From Fistulifera solaris (Eukaryota): 64,000 bases of DNA. Below the pieces are notes generated by a model. That model was not told where the DNA came from and made no database searches. It was given only the letters and a program-made list of their open reading frames with translations. Every line of letters starts with the position of its first letter. Positions within the stretch are counted from its first letter, which is position 1. Shown in pieces: positions 23,609-36,185 of the stretch. The position numbers and the translations under genes were made by a program. The stretch covers positions 1,302,001 through 1,366,000 of the forward strand of contig AP026130.1 in assembly GCA_030295235.1 (NCBI GenBank), given 5' to 3'.

Positions 23609-25743
23609 TTATCGAACATACGCTTCAATGGCAGACGAACCGACGCGATGGCAGAAATCTCCAAAAGCTTCAAACGGCTCTCTTTGCGTTTTCCACATTT
23701 TCAATATCGGTTCCATCGTCTTCTCTAGGTCGTCCGCGTCCATCTTTGCCATGAAGGGGTACGCTGTTCGAGTGAGAACAGGGCTGCCTCCCAACCAGAC
23801 TTGATAACTTTTGGGACCGTCGCCTACAAAAGCTAATTCCGCCATGTAAGGGCGAGCGCATCCATTAGGACATCCGGTCATACGAATCAAGATTTCTTCC
23901 TGGTCGAGATCTAGCTTGGTAAGAACCGCCCTTATACGTTCGAGATAGCTCGGCATAAGACGCTCAGCTTCTGTCTGCGCCAATCCACAGAGTGGTAAGG
24001 CTGGGCAAGCCATGGCCAGGCGATTAAGAGGATCGACTTGCTCGAGGGGCTTAATACCATGCTGAGCGAAGATGGCCTCAATGCCTGCTTTGTCGGCCGG
24101 ATCGATGTCTCTGAGAATAATTGACTGAGTAGGTGACATGACCATGTGGAGATTGTATTTATCCACGATGGCTCGAAGGGCACTTTTAAGCTTGAAGTCG
24201 CCTTCATCTTTGACACGGCCGTTTTCAATGTGGACACCGTAGAAAAGCTTTCCATCTCCTTGGTCCCACCATCCCATCCAATCATGATACTTGAATTCTT
24301 GAATGGGTTTCCACGGTTGAATAGGCTTGCCAAAGTAGCTTTCAACAAGGGTGCGGAAGTTGTCGATACCAAGGGTGTGCACCAAATACTTCATGCGGGC
24401 ATTTGCACGAACATCACGATTTCCGTGATCTCGTTGTGCCGCCAAGATACTCTTCATGACTTCCATGATATCTTCCTTGGGAACGAAGCCCAAGTGATCT
24501 GCGACACGAGCAAAAGTAGTTTCCTTGTTATGCGTGCGACCCATGCCACCACCCACCATGACGTTGAAGCCTTCCAAGTTGCCAGCGTTATCAGTAATAA
24601 CAATCACACCGATATCGTTGGTGTAAATGTCGAGACTATTGTCGCCGGGAACTGTGACACCAATCTTGAACTTTCGTGGCAAATACCGATCTCCGTACAG
24701 TGGTTCGACGGGATCATCCAGCACAATCCCTCGACCATTATCGTGTGTCATGGCTTGATCAATGTTGAAATGCTCGACATCCTTGTGCCAGAATTCCACA
24801 CTCGCTGCCTTTTCTCCATCCAGCCATATTTGCGAAAAAGCCGGAGTCATGGGTCGAAACAGCTGCGCAAAGACCTTGGAATATTCTCGGGCGTACTTGT
24901 ATTCGGGTGACTGGAAAGGGGCGGGTGTGCACATGACGTTACGACTGACATCTCCACACGCACCGACGGTGGAACTTCCAATGTTCATGATCGTACTAAT
25001 GACGGTTTTGAGACCCCCTTTTAGAATACCGTGAATCTGGAAGCACTGACGCGTCGTGGCTCGTAGATCACCTTGTCCGTAGTCTCGACTCAAGTCATCA
25101 ATGGTGCGATACAATTCCGGAGGCAATTCTCCAGCGGGTTGTTTCAATCGTAACATGAACTGATAGTCCTTTCCTTTTCCTTTGTATTCACGATCCGATT
25201 GTTGATAACTTCCGTGATATTTTAGAATTTGGTAAGCATCTTTGCTGATACCGGCTTCTTCTGTGGCAAGTTCCTGCGATGATGAAACGTGTGAAAGAGA
25301 GAACGTGAGGGAATGCGGAATGCAATTACAAATTACACCATTTTACAGAAAGAAAGCATCGATCAGAGTTTACCCAAATCGTCCACTGGCTTGTGGGACG
25401 GGGCCTTTCTTAGCCGTCGACATGTATCGATCAGACGGGGAAAGAATATACTGCATCACTTCGTCGTAGCTTTGTGAAAAAAGCATACTGCTGCGTGCTG
25501 CTATTCAGCATGCTTTCACTATCCTCAAGTCACACTGAAACGTACCGTCAAAAGAGGCTTGAGTAAATGATCCGAATCTACTTTCAGGGACTCAATCTTG
25601 GCGAGTTTCTTCTCCTTTGGCTTCTCTAACACCATCGATAAAGACGAAGAAGATCCGCCAAGTGACCGCGCAGAAAGTTGTGAGACGGTAAATGCCTGCG
25701 CCGCCGTCGCCAATCCCGCTATTATTGCTGCCGAATACTTCAT
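23609..25743 (-). CDS. SIR: Plastid ferredoxin-dependent sulfite reductase; 2 exons (exact C-terminus uncertain)
   Basis: Bipartite presequence (AAQAF); intron 25274-25545; KYHGSYQQ, YLPRKFKI, VGGGMGRTH, siroheme/4Fe-4S ligands CPALPLC and GCPNGC. Confidence 0.95.
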
Positions 25744-26503
25744 TGTGCGTTTAGAGGCTTATAACGAGAAGGAAACGCAAGGAAAGACAAATGAATTGAA
25801 TCGGTCACTTCTCCGATCGGAAAGAGTGGTGTGGTGTGGCTGCTGCGGTGTCGACATCTCCAGACACACGAAAACAAGCTTTGTTCGGCGAAGAGAAGCT
25901 GAAAAAAAAGATCGGATGGCTCCATGACCTTGTGTACTGTCAATAGTATAGTAAAGCATACCTTCTTTCTTCCGTTCGGTTACAGCACACCCAATCTTCA
26001 AGACAGTCGAAACGAAGAACATCGGATGGCTTTTTGTGTGGCCCTACGTTCGTCGCTGACGTCAGACGGATGGAAGACCAGGCGGACGAAGAAGAACGCA
26101 ATCAGTTTCCGTTGTGCCGTTGTGCCTAACTTCAAGTACCGCTCCGATGGGAGTAAAATCCATGACTGAAAGGCAGTCATGGAAAAGGTCGCCTACACAT
26201 ATTTCCATAGTCCCTAAGAAAGCATTATCACTGCGACATCATTCACAAACGTGCCGTTTCGCAGGGCAAAACTTCCTCTTGGATTTGCCACGGAACATCT
26301 GCTTTCAACTGCGGGAACTTCGGTCCCTACCTGTTTTGCAATCGCTAGAGCCATCGAAGACGGAGAACTGATAATAAACAAACCTAGAGGAATACAACAA
26401 ACACATCATGGTTACTTAGATCGTTTTTATAGATAGTGGTTATTCAAAAATGTGAAGGGTATGTAGAAGGAAAAAGAGACACTTGCTGCCTCATAAAGAT
26501 AAT

Positions 26504-27481
26504 TCATGATAGATGTTGCTTTGTGCGTCTCTCTTGTTCCTTGGCTTTTCGGGTCGCTTCATCCATAAGAATAGTAATTTTGCGATTCAATAACTTGTTT
26601 TCATTGTGACCACGAATAAAGAGTTCTCGGAGTTTATTGTTTGAGAAAGAACCAATTCCAAACGCAGGAAGAATTCTTAATCCACGTGCAAAGGCTACCG
26701 TATGAAATTCATGAGCAATGATTGCGAGGCGATCCGTCCAGGGCAATGGTTGAGGTCGATTAAAATAATCCATCGCATGAATGTGCATGGGTGCTGTCGC
26801 AAACTGTGAAACAACAGGGATACCTAACGCCATGGAAAGTTCTGCTGTATTCCTTTCCCATCCGCGTTCGGTTTGTAAATACTTGGCAGCTCGGGGCGCC
26901 AAATAAAAGGTAGCGTACATCGTGCAAGCATCTCGTGCGGCGAAAAGACTCAGCGTACGGAATGGTGTTTTCGTTGCATTCGCCGTTTCACTTCCGTACA
27001 CACGAGCAAAGACCGAATCGCGCCACGCCAAGAGAGAAATATTAGCGATAGATGAAGCTATCACCTTGCCTTGTTTCCGTTGCTCGTCGTCTCGAATCTT
27101 CTTTACGTCAAGAAAAAGTTCGGAAAGGTTCGCAACGGCATAAGTCCCAAAATAGACAGCAAACGTCAAACGAAAGGAAAGACCCCCGAAGAAGGTACGG
27201 GGATGAAGAATCATTTCGGTGGACGAATGTTTCAAGGCCGCTGCGAACGTTCCGTGTCGAGAGATATCTTGCACAATGCATTTGTCGATGATCGAAACTA
27301 AGGGAGAGACGAGAAACGATGCAGCGAATGCGCACCCGATCTCTTTAGGAGCACGACTCATGGTCGTTTCGATGAATCCGTGTCGCTTGGCATCGGAAAA
27401 GATAAAGGAACGCCACCAAGGACCTTCTTCACGCGGTTCTGTAAAGAATCGCTTGCTGATTTTACGTTTGAGATCTTCCAT
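26504..27481 (-). CDS. Uncharacterised mitochondrial-carrier-like membrane protein (paralog C)
   Basis: Intact ORF sharing long identical blocks with paralogs A and B (RAPKEIGCAFAASFLVSPLVSIIDKCIVQDIS; ARGLRILPAFGIGSFSNNK). Confidence 0.85.
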   Translation of the reverse strand: MEDLKRKISKRFFTEPREEGPWWRSFIFSDAKRHGFIETTMSRAPKEIGCAFAASFLVSPLVSIIDKCIVQDISRHGTFAAALKHSSTEMILHPRTFFGGLSFRLTFAVYFGTYAVANLSELFLDVKKIRDDEQRKQGKVIASSIANISLLAWRDSVFARVYGSETANATKTPFRTLSLFAARDACTMYATFYLAPRAAKYLQTERGWERNTAELSMALGIPVVSQFATAPMHIHAMDYFNRPQPLPWTDRLAIIAHEFHTVAFARGLRILPAFGIGSFSNNKLRELFIRGHNENKLLNRKITILMDEATRKAKEQERRTKQHLS

Positions 27482-28246
27482 GATGAAGTACAGCATGCAA
27501 TAAACATGCACCGCGAGAATAAGAGGCGATTGCTTGATTGTTTATGGATTTGTGGGGCTTGATGCAATGCACTTTGAAGCCGAATGGAATTCGAAAACCT
27601 TTTGGAGGAAACGTTTTTGGCAAAAGATTCATTTCTTCATTCGTACTTCGTATCTTTATAACTATGGGTGCTTTGAGTAGAGAAAAGTGCCGGTTTTTTC
27701 CCTTTCACATTCTATCGTATAGTGCATTTCCTCCGGTACTTGGAGACTTGCTTCCGTGAATTTTAGGTGGATCGCCAATCGCCAGTTGGCAGTTCCTGAA
27801 GTTTCTGATGCAGAATCTAGAATCCGGAATTATTAGCATCGCTTAAGCATTTTTTATCAAAGTAACATTGTCTAAGCCTTCGCCACAGCCATAGTCATAG
27901 CAATGGGGCATCTATTATCTATTCCTAGTGTGTGTTCCTCAAAATTACCCAAAGCTCCTACAGCGATAAGTACTAGCTTTGCAAAAACTAAAGCGTGAAA
28001 GCCGAGTAATTTATTCGTAAACTCTGTCCGCACGTTTTCCGGGACTGCATTATTGTTGAATCACGGAATGTTGACTTTACATTTTAGACAATAGTGCGTG
28101 TACCGGTACGTATCGTTTCCGACTCAACCGCTCTGCAGTCCCGGAGACACGACGGCCGCACTTTTCGCAACATACAATAAGTACTTGTAACAAACTTCCA
28201 CTCGCGTCGTTTTCATTACTCTCTTGCAAAAGCCAACAAGACAACG

Positions 28247-29452
28247 ATGATCAGTCCTTCTACAAAAGTAACGCCTATAATATTATTTTTGATGATCTCC
28301 TCACTAACTCATAACTTAGCTCGGTCCTATTGCTTACGCAGCAAAAGGAAAAGCTACCGAAAATCACGTTTGGCCTCCACCAATCATCGACAGAGTGACG
28401 ACGCGGACTTATTACTCAACAATGTTCTGCAACGATCGCAACGTGTGCTATCCACTTTGCCGAATAACCAAAATAACAATCAGAAATCGCCGGGGACTCC
28501 GAAAGAGTCGAGTCTTGATAATTCACAACCGGTCGAATCTCTGTTGAATACTGTTACGCAACGGGCCGATCAAATACTGCGCGAGAAATCAATTTCATCG
28601 GCTAAAGATACTCCGTCCACTCAAAGAACAAAGGAAGAAGTACCGCAACCCATTAGAAATTACGGAAAGAATCCAGCCATTACGACAACGGCGTTGGCGC
28701 ATTTGCTCTGGTCGCACGTTCTCCAAGATGTAACCCACACGACAGTCATTGATGCCACAGCCGGAAACGGCAATGATGCCGTTTTTCTCGCTCAGCAATT
28801 GTTTCCGAACATGTCGAACGAAACTGCACATGCCTCGTCAAACCAGTTGCTATGTCTCGATGTGCAGGAGCGGGCTTGTCAGGTGACGCAACAACGACTG
28901 GCCGATCTTTTACCACAATCCATACTGCAAAACAATGTTCAAGTACTACAACAATCGCATGCCACGTTTCCGGAATTGCAGGTGCCCGTGTCTTTGGTAG
29001 TGTACAATCTAGGATATCTACCCAATTCGACGCATTTGGAGGGCGATGACGCTCCAAATAAGAACATTAAAACGAACACCGAATCCACCTTGGAATCCTT
29101 GATGAATGCGGCCACTTTTCTTCAAGTAGGAGGAATGCTTTCCATCATGACGTATCCGAAATCGGATGCTGTGGAAGATGCGGCGGTGCATGCCTTTTGT
29201 CAGGGCCTGGCGCTCTTTTCGAGCCAAACACAAGATTGGCGCGGCATGTTCACGGAAAGTGATAACAACAACATTCATCCGGATCTAGCGTTGTCTCCTT
29301 TGATTGATCGTGAGGTAAAACAGCTAATCTATGCTTATCTGGAAACAGTGCTGCATGCACTAGGTGGCACATCAGCATGGCGAGTTCAAGAATACAAAAA
29401 AATGGGCTGGATTGATTCGCCGATTCTTCTTACTGCGGTTCGAATCAAATAG
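28247..29452 (+). CDS. Class I SAM methyltransferase, MnmM/YtqB ('putative rRNA methylase') family, with organellar-type N-terminal extension
   Basis: VIDATAGNGND, LDVQERA, VYNLGYLP, GGMLSIMTYP motifs. Confidence 0.8.
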   Translation: MISPSTKVTPIILFLMISSLTHNLARSYCLRSKRKSYRKSRLASTNHRQSDDADLLLNNVLQRSQRVLSTLPNNQNNNQKSPGTPKESSLDNSQPVESLLNTVTQRADQILREKSISSAKDTPSTQRTKEEVPQPIRNYGKNPAITTTALAHLLWSHVLQDVTHTTVIDATAGNGNDAVFLAQQLFPNMSNETAHASSNQLLCLDVQERACQVTQQRLADLLPQSILQNNVQVLQQSHATFPELQVPVSLVVYNLGYLPNSTHLEGDDAPNKNIKTNTESTLESLMNAATFLQVGGMLSIMTYPKSDAVEDAAVHAFCQGLALFSSQTQDWRGMFTESDNNNIHPDLALSPLIDREVKQLIYAYLETVLHALGGTSAWRVQEYKKMGWIDSPILLTAVRIK

Positions 29453-29780
29453 ATGGAACTTTACATCAGATGAAGTGATCTGGGCGGAAATTACTGGAAA
29501 CTATTTTAGCATGTGGTGTAACTTCATAGAAGTTTCAATCCGTGGACTTGTTTGCCAAACCGGTTTTAGATTTAATATTTCTTTCATGACTGAAATGCAG
29601 TCGTGGAAAACGTAAACTACACTAGAAGCTATAGTGCATCAAAGCCAAAAATAATGAAAGCATCAACGCAATGTAAAAATTAAATAAACAAGTGGAGTCA
29701 TTCATTGATTTAAATCATTCATTCGAATCGTCTAGCATTCCATTTACTCGCATCTACTAAGAAAAAGGTCTCCTATCGAC

Positions 29781-30868
29781 ATGAATGACAATCGCTTCCG
29801 AAATACGCAACAACGTCGTACTTTTCGACACCCATCGCTTCCACAAGAAAAACATAGTGCTCCTTTTGAACCATTTACCTTTGTGGTGACTGCGGACACT
29901 CAGTTTGGGATGATCGATCAGAATGAAAAGACAGTGTTCATGATTCTTATGCAGAAGTCGAATACAGCCGAAAAGCCATTGCAGCGATCAATCAGATGAA
30001 TCCCCGACCTTTGTTTTGTTGCATTTGCGGCGATCTAGTCGACATGACTTCCGAGATTTATACAAACACTCCAAAGACACAACAACAAGCTAACGCTAGC
30101 AAAGATGGCTTTAGTAACGCATCCAGGATATGGACGAAGGAAGAATGCGATTCCGAACAAGACGAACAGTTTCGAGTCTTTCGAGAAACATGGAATGAAT
30201 TGCATCAAGACATTCCCTTAGTTTGCTTGTGTGGAAATCATGATGTTGGTAATCGGCCGAACGCGGCTTCAATCAATCGATTTCAGAAGCTCTTCGGAGA
30301 TGATTATTTTTCATTTTGGGCCAATGGGAGTTACAACATTGTCATCAATTCATCGCTCATCTCACAACCAGATGATGCCATGGAACTGTGCGAGAAGCAA
30401 CTACAATGGATCGAAGAACGCCTTGCTTACGCCAACGAAGCAAAGGCTGCCATAATATTTGTATTTTCGCATCATCCGCTATTTTTATACGATCAAGACG
30501 AAGACGAAACGGAACTGTCGGGAACATTGAGGATCCATTGGCCACCAGCATACGCACATCGCCAGAACTCTCAGATCAAAATTCCCGAATCGTACTTTCC
30601 CTTACCACGCACCCGCCGAAAGCGACTTTTGGACTTGTTTGCGAAGTACAATGTGGCTGCTTGTTTTGCGGGACACTTTCATCAGAATCTGGTTCGAACA
30701 ACATCTTTCGGTATGGATATGATCACGACTGGACCGCTGTCATTGGTACTCCCCTCTGATAACAATCCATCCGATGAGCCTTTTGCTGTAGGGTTTCGCT
30801 TGGTTCATGTGAAACAAGAGGAAGAGACGGGAAAATGTGTGTTTGATCACTCTTTTAATCCTTTATGA
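29781..30868 (+). CDS. Calcineurin-like metallophosphoesterase, CPPED1-like (frameshift near 29935-29945)
   Basis: ADTQFG, ICGDLVD, CGNHDVG, FSHHPLF, FAGHFHQN motifs split over two overlapping ORFs. Confidence 0.88.
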
Positions 30869-31272
30869 TGTTCCAAGAAGGTTCGAGTTCGAGTGAATCA
30901 CGAAAGTCGTGGATTTTCGTGAACGCAGGCGAAAGCGAGAGGCTTAGTCCAACCAAGACCGATCAACAACACCCAACAGACAAGCTTTTAGAAACTCCGA
31001 AGGCCGATTGTGGCCTGGTTGTTTTGTTCGTAGTCCTTCCAATGACCTATGACTTTCTTTGTACTTAGAATTGTGACGACTTGTGTGACCCGTCATTAAG
31101 TTTGCTCACTTTAATCTTTACATTAAAGCCCATACAGACGAATTACGTAATACAACACACAACAGGCCAAATAACACAACGCACACGCCACAAAAAATAA
31201 ATCATCACAAAAATCTCCACCGGTTTGTTTTCTCTTCCCGAAGATTTCGCTCCTCAGGCTTTTAAAATCACC

Positions 31273-31962
31273 ATGTCAAATATGCGCTTCAATTCTTCGG
31301 TTCAAAAGAACAACATGGCAGTCAATTGCATTCGCCAAGGAAATATCAGTCATGCGCACGCGCTTCTCACCGAAGCGATATCTTCGATGAGAACGCAGTT
31401 GGACAAAATATCCGTAGCATCGGATAATATGTCTCGATGCAGTTTCGAAGATGTTGCTCTACAATCTCTTCCAGTTTGTCAAGAATCCCCACAGCATCGG
31501 GCACTCCATGAGCAAAGCTTCGATTGCTCCGCTATTTGCTTTTTTGATCGAGTCTTTCTCATACAAAGAGAAGACACCGACAACGAACGACTTGTCTGCG
31601 CTACCGTCCTCTACAACTTTGCTATTGTCTTTCACCTGGCAAGCTGCAGTGGCAAACGAAGCCACCGTCATCTTGAAAAAGTGTTGAAGCTTTATAAAAT
31701 GTCCGCTATGGCCGTTGAACGCTATAAGGCACGCTCTGCTGAAGCCTACCTGTTGACGTTGGCGATCCGCAACAATATGGCTCATATCCATTCTGTCTAT
31801 TTTAATAGTCGTGAGACACACCAAGCGCTTGATGAAATGCTTCTCATGCTCAAATCTGAACATTCGCGCAAGGCGGTCGACTCGTCGAATGCATTCGTCT
31901 TTCAACTGAATGCTTTTGTTCACTCTCACAGTCAAAGCGTTCGATTTGCCCCTTCAGCCTAA
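31273..31962 (+). CDS. Diatom-type helical TPR-like hypothetical protein (paralog 1)
   Basis: NNxAV..I, FDRVF, ATVLYNFAIVFHL, LAIRNNMAHI, C-terminal APSA; colinear with 33345..34031. Confidence 0.8.
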   Translation: MSNMRFNSSVQKNNMAVNCIRQGNISHAHALLTEAISSMRTQLDKISVASDNMSRCSFEDVALQSLPVCQESPQHRALHEQSFDCSAICFFDRVFLIQREDTDNERLVCATVLYNFAIVFHLASCSGKRSHRHLEKVLKLYKMSAMAVERYKARSAEAYLLTLAIRNNMAHIHSVYFNSRETHQALDEMLLMLKSEHSRKAVDSSNAFVFQLNAFVHSHSQSVRFAPSA

Positions 31963-32398
31963 TACGTTCATAAGCCCCTATCTAAACATGTGAACACCAA
32001 TTTGCTATAGTTTCTATTATTGCGGATTAAATTGATATTTTTTGCGCTCTGTCGCGCTGCCTTCGAAAGCCACCAGTGATATCCCGCAGAGATGATTTGA
32101 ACTAATAAAAGATGAGAAGTCTATTCCTTACAACGTCAGTTGGCAATGTATTATTGTAGTGAAGAGCAGTGGCGGTTTGTCGCTTTAACTCTCATTCTGC
32201 CTAGAGTAATTCTTTATAAAATCAGTCACGAAGAGATAAGCGCCCTTGGCCGGATCACTCGTCCGAGGGCTAAGGGCCGATCAACAATCAACAGTCGGCT
32301 CTGACGAACGCCGCATCCCGCATCAGCTTGGCATCTCTAGGACCCCTCCTAGAAAATCAGGGTTTTGAAACTGAAAGCCCATTGTAAAGAGTATCAGA

Positions 32399-33030
32399 GA
32401 CGCATGACGCATGACGCATGTGAAGTATCAATGAAAGAGGCGATTCGCACTGTTCTCACTTCTCACTAATGACTAGACTAATGAGCGCTCGCTGACTTCT
32501 TGAGCAAATTCTTAAACCGTCGTGGGTTACGGACGGGTTTGAGTTACGATTAGAAAGCCTTATCGGCAGTCGGCACAACGCACAACTGCTGGCGAACTTG
32601 CAAATATTCCTAATCATCTATCATCTCGAATCTCTAAGTGGTGCTAAGTGATAACAGATAAGAGATCAGTAAGTGATATGAGTGTTCCCATTTCGATTTG
32701 CACGTTTTTGGGTTCGGAGTTCGGAGTATGCTCTTAGCTCTAGCGCTCTAGCGCTATGTGCTATGTGCTATTGCTAGTTTATGTAGGATGATGGATGATT
32801 CAACTAGCAGAAAGCAAAACGTAAACCACAACAGACAGCAGGGTAACAGGCAACGGGAGACGGGAGACGGGAGTTGTCAGTTGTCAGTTGTCATCGTGCA
32901 TGGTGCATGCAGTATGCAGTCTTTGTTTTTTGTTTTTTGTCCTCTAGTCTACAGGCTACAGGTATACAAAGTACAGGTATTTTTTAGTCTACAAAGTACT
33001 GTCTTATTGTCTATTGTCTATTTTGTTCTA
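32399..33030. repeat. Tract of chained, sequence-diverse 6-8 bp tandem micro-duplications (dominant period 7)
   Basis: (GACGCAT)3 at 32399, (TTCTCAC)2, (GTTCGGA)2, (CTATGTG)2, (ACGGGAG)3 at 32853, (TTGTCAG)~3 at 32874, (GTGCATG)2, (ATGCAGT)2, (CTACAGG)2. Confidence 0.85.
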
Positions 33031-33344
33031 CAGAAGAAGGGGACCTACGTATGTCGAACTCGTGACCGAATTGATTACTGTAAACAGGGCCAAACTGTAA
33101 TAAGTGATCAACTTTAACCTTCCTTTAACTCGATAACTATTTTATAGAAAGACTTAAGGACCACGAAAAAAGAAGAAAGGTAAGGTCTTATAGACTAGAC
33201 TAGAGATTTTCATTTCTTCCTGACATCTTTCAAGAACTTTCATCATTCAGCAGAGCCATCCAATGGCAACTACCAACCCCAAAGGGTCGACACTCACAAA
33301 TGTTTCTCCATTTCCATTGCCTCATTCCGGCGACTAACACAGAA

Positions 33345-34031
33345 ATGAACGTCGCGGTAGCGATTGAAGCGAATAATGCGGCAGTATCTTGCATCTGCCA
33401 AGGACAACTGGATGAAGCACGCGTCCTCCTTGTCGGATCGATTCGATCGATGAAAGATCAGTTAAATGTGGACGCTGGAGATGCCACAGCAGAATTGCTT
33501 AAACAACCAAACCAGATGCCAAGTGCTGTCTTATCTCTTCAATCGGTATCGGTCTTTAGCTTGGCATCATATGATGCTTTTCAAAAACGTAACATCGAAA
33601 GTTCTTCTCTTTCCCTGTTCGATCGAGTCTATCGCATAAGATCACCGTGCGCTGACAACCAGAGCCTCATCAGCGCAATTATTCTTTACAACATGGCTAT
33701 GGTCTTTCATTTGGAGATTCTGTTGGGGAAATGCCATCAATTAGAGAAAGTAGAGCAGCTTTATTTGATGTGTGATGTTATCGCTCAGCAAAGCAAATTG
33801 ACATGCTCGCAAGCTAGTCTTCTCACCTTGGCGGCACTCAACAATACGGCTCATCTCAGTTCGATGTATCTGATGACTCGTGAAACTGGCCATGCTCTGG
33901 ATGATCTCATAAGTGAACTGGCTTTTCTAAACCGTGATAACACTATTATGGACGATGACTTGCTAATCTTTCAAATGAACGCCTTTCTGCATTCGACGGG
34001 GCAAGGCTTTCGTACCGCGCCCTCTGCGTGA
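33345..34031 (+). CDS. Diatom-type helical TPR-like hypothetical protein (paralog 2)
   Basis: ANNAAVSCI, FDRVY, AIILYNMAMVFHL, LAALNNTAHL, C-terminal APSA. Confidence 0.8.
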   Translation: MNVAVAIEANNAAVSCICQGQLDEARVLLVGSIRSMKDQLNVDAGDATAELLKQPNQMPSAVLSLQSVSVFSLASYDAFQKRNIESSSLSLFDRVYRIRSPCADNQSLISAIILYNMAMVFHLEILLGKCHQLEKVEQLYLMCDVIAQQSKLTCSQASLLTLAALNNTAHLSSMYLMTRETGHALDDLISELAFLNRDNTIMDDDLLIFQMNAFLHSTGQGFRTAPSA

Positions 34032-34129
34032 TACGTCTTATACCAGTAGAATAAACTTTGTTCGTTTAACAATCAAAATTAGGCTAAGCACAAAAGACTA
34101 TTTTTAATTAGGTAGACAATACGTTCCTG

Positions 34130-35726
34130 TTAAAGTAGCAAGGTAACAGGATTTTCAATATGCCCTTTGAAAGCAGCCAGCCACTGAGCTCCCACTGCAC
34201 CATCAACCACTCGATGGTCGCAAGACAAGGTGGCAGTCAAGACTTCGCTTTCTTGATAAATCGTGTCTGGATCATTTGACGGCACAATACGCGTTTCTAA
34301 AGCCCCTACTGCCAAAGCGCATGCTTGCGGTTCTCGAATGATAGGTGCACACGCCTTAATGCCGTACATCCCTAGATTGAGGAAAGTAAATGTTCCCACT
34401 CCATTCGTTAACGGAGCTATGGCCTCTGCGTTTGGATCCAAAGCTGAAACGGCCGTTGCCAGTTCTTTGGCGATTGCCTTCAACCCACGTCGGCCCACAT
34501 CCCTCAACACCGGGGTATATAACTCATCACCACTTCCCACTACTACATTCATATCCACAGCATCGTATACGCGCACAAAGTCGCCCATCCATGCCGCGTT
34601 AACCGTGGGGACCGCCTGCATCGATAAGGCCGCTGCCTTGATGAGCAACTCGTAAACACCAATTTCCGGCATTCCCAGCGAGTCGCGTAATTTCAACAAT
34701 TCATCACAATTGATATCGACCGTCAAATAGTAGTGAGGGACGTTGCGCTTGGATTGTGCAAGCCGAGCGGCCACCTCTTTCGAGGCATCACTGAGTGGGT
34801 AGTCGGTAAATCCGTCACCGAGTGTCGGTGTGGCTGTAGCTACTGCAACCGCACCTGGAGCCTCCGTAGGTGGGGCCGTCACTGCTGCTACAGCTGCCGA
34901 AGGAACAAATTCGTGTACATCTGCAGCAAGAATGCGACCTCCGGGCCCTGTGCCAGGAATGGCCGCCAAATCATATCCGAGTTCTTTTGCCACTTTGTAA
35001 GCTTTCGGCGATGCCACGATGCGATCTCCATTTGCCGACAAAGCTGCTGGAACTGCTGCAGGTGTTGGTGGTGGCGGGGTGACCGCTGTGGGAGATGCTA
35101 CCGGTGCAGCAGGTGGTAGTGGTGGTGCCGAGGATGCCGCTGGAGGTGCTGCTGATGTGGTGTCAAGGGAAAATGTCTGAAACGCCGCCACATCGTCGGC
35201 ACTATCGACCGTAACCATAATAGGTTCTCCGACTTTAATATCTCCCCCACCTGCTTGTACTAAGATTTTCGCCAGAACACCATCGTCTTGGGCTTCAAAA
35301 TCTACCGTAGCCTTATCCGTTTCCACACTGCAAAATACATCTCCGGCGGCGAACGAGTCTCCTTCTTTGAGATTCCATGAAGCGATGGAACCCGATTCCA
35401 TAGTCTAAATTTTGTTTCGATTGTGTTTTTTGCGTAGAATGAGAAATGATTGAGTGTCAGAATTGAAGCAAAGGAAAGCACAATCAAAGCGAAGGAAATA
35501 CAACCCCATTCGCTTAGCGCATACGTTTCGAATCGAACTTGCTCATTCTCTCTTTCTTTCGGCTGATTACATCATGAAGACTTACCGGTGACAAACTAGG
35601 CAGACCGACGACATGATGGGACGGTAAACTCGAGAATGGTCGAAGAAGAATGGACTGCTGATAGCGCGTGAAGACAGCACTGTGCTTCCGTAACAAATAG
35701 CGAGTCAAAAGAGATGCTGTCGTCAT
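34130..35726 (-). CDS. Mitochondrial pyruvate dehydrogenase E2, dihydrolipoamide acetyltransferase; 2 exons
   Basis: Transit peptide plus LPSLSP / intron 35405-35585 / TMESG; lipoyl motif VETDKAT; E3-binding GTGPGGRI; catalytic DHRVVDG. Confidence 0.93.
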
Positions 35727-36185
35727 CTTTGTCGAGGCGATCGTCTAAATGAGTGATGTCACTATACAATGATTGAAGGATGAAAGGGGTCCTCTAAAAA
35801 AGGAGAAAGCGTTGACGTTAATAACGAAGCAAACAATTCGTTCATGTTCATTGCGCCTCGCTTCGTCGTCTATTCATTCATCATTCATCGCGTCGATCAT
35901 CGCGATCTTCGCGATGAGAAAAACGGACGGATGGCGGACGCGCGAAAAATTCTCCATTCCATCATGACTCAATCCAATCGTGCGCAAAACGGGCAACACT
36001 TTGTGTCTATAGTAAACTTTGACGTACGAAATAAGACCTTAACCTTAAGCGCAGCGGAACTTTAGACCCTATCATGTCATTGCGTTTCAATACACACCCA
36101 TTCTCATTCATTTATTGTTCATTTCTTCATTCATCATGTAATCATTATGCATTAGCTCTCTTATTCATGGTCAAATCAAAACACA

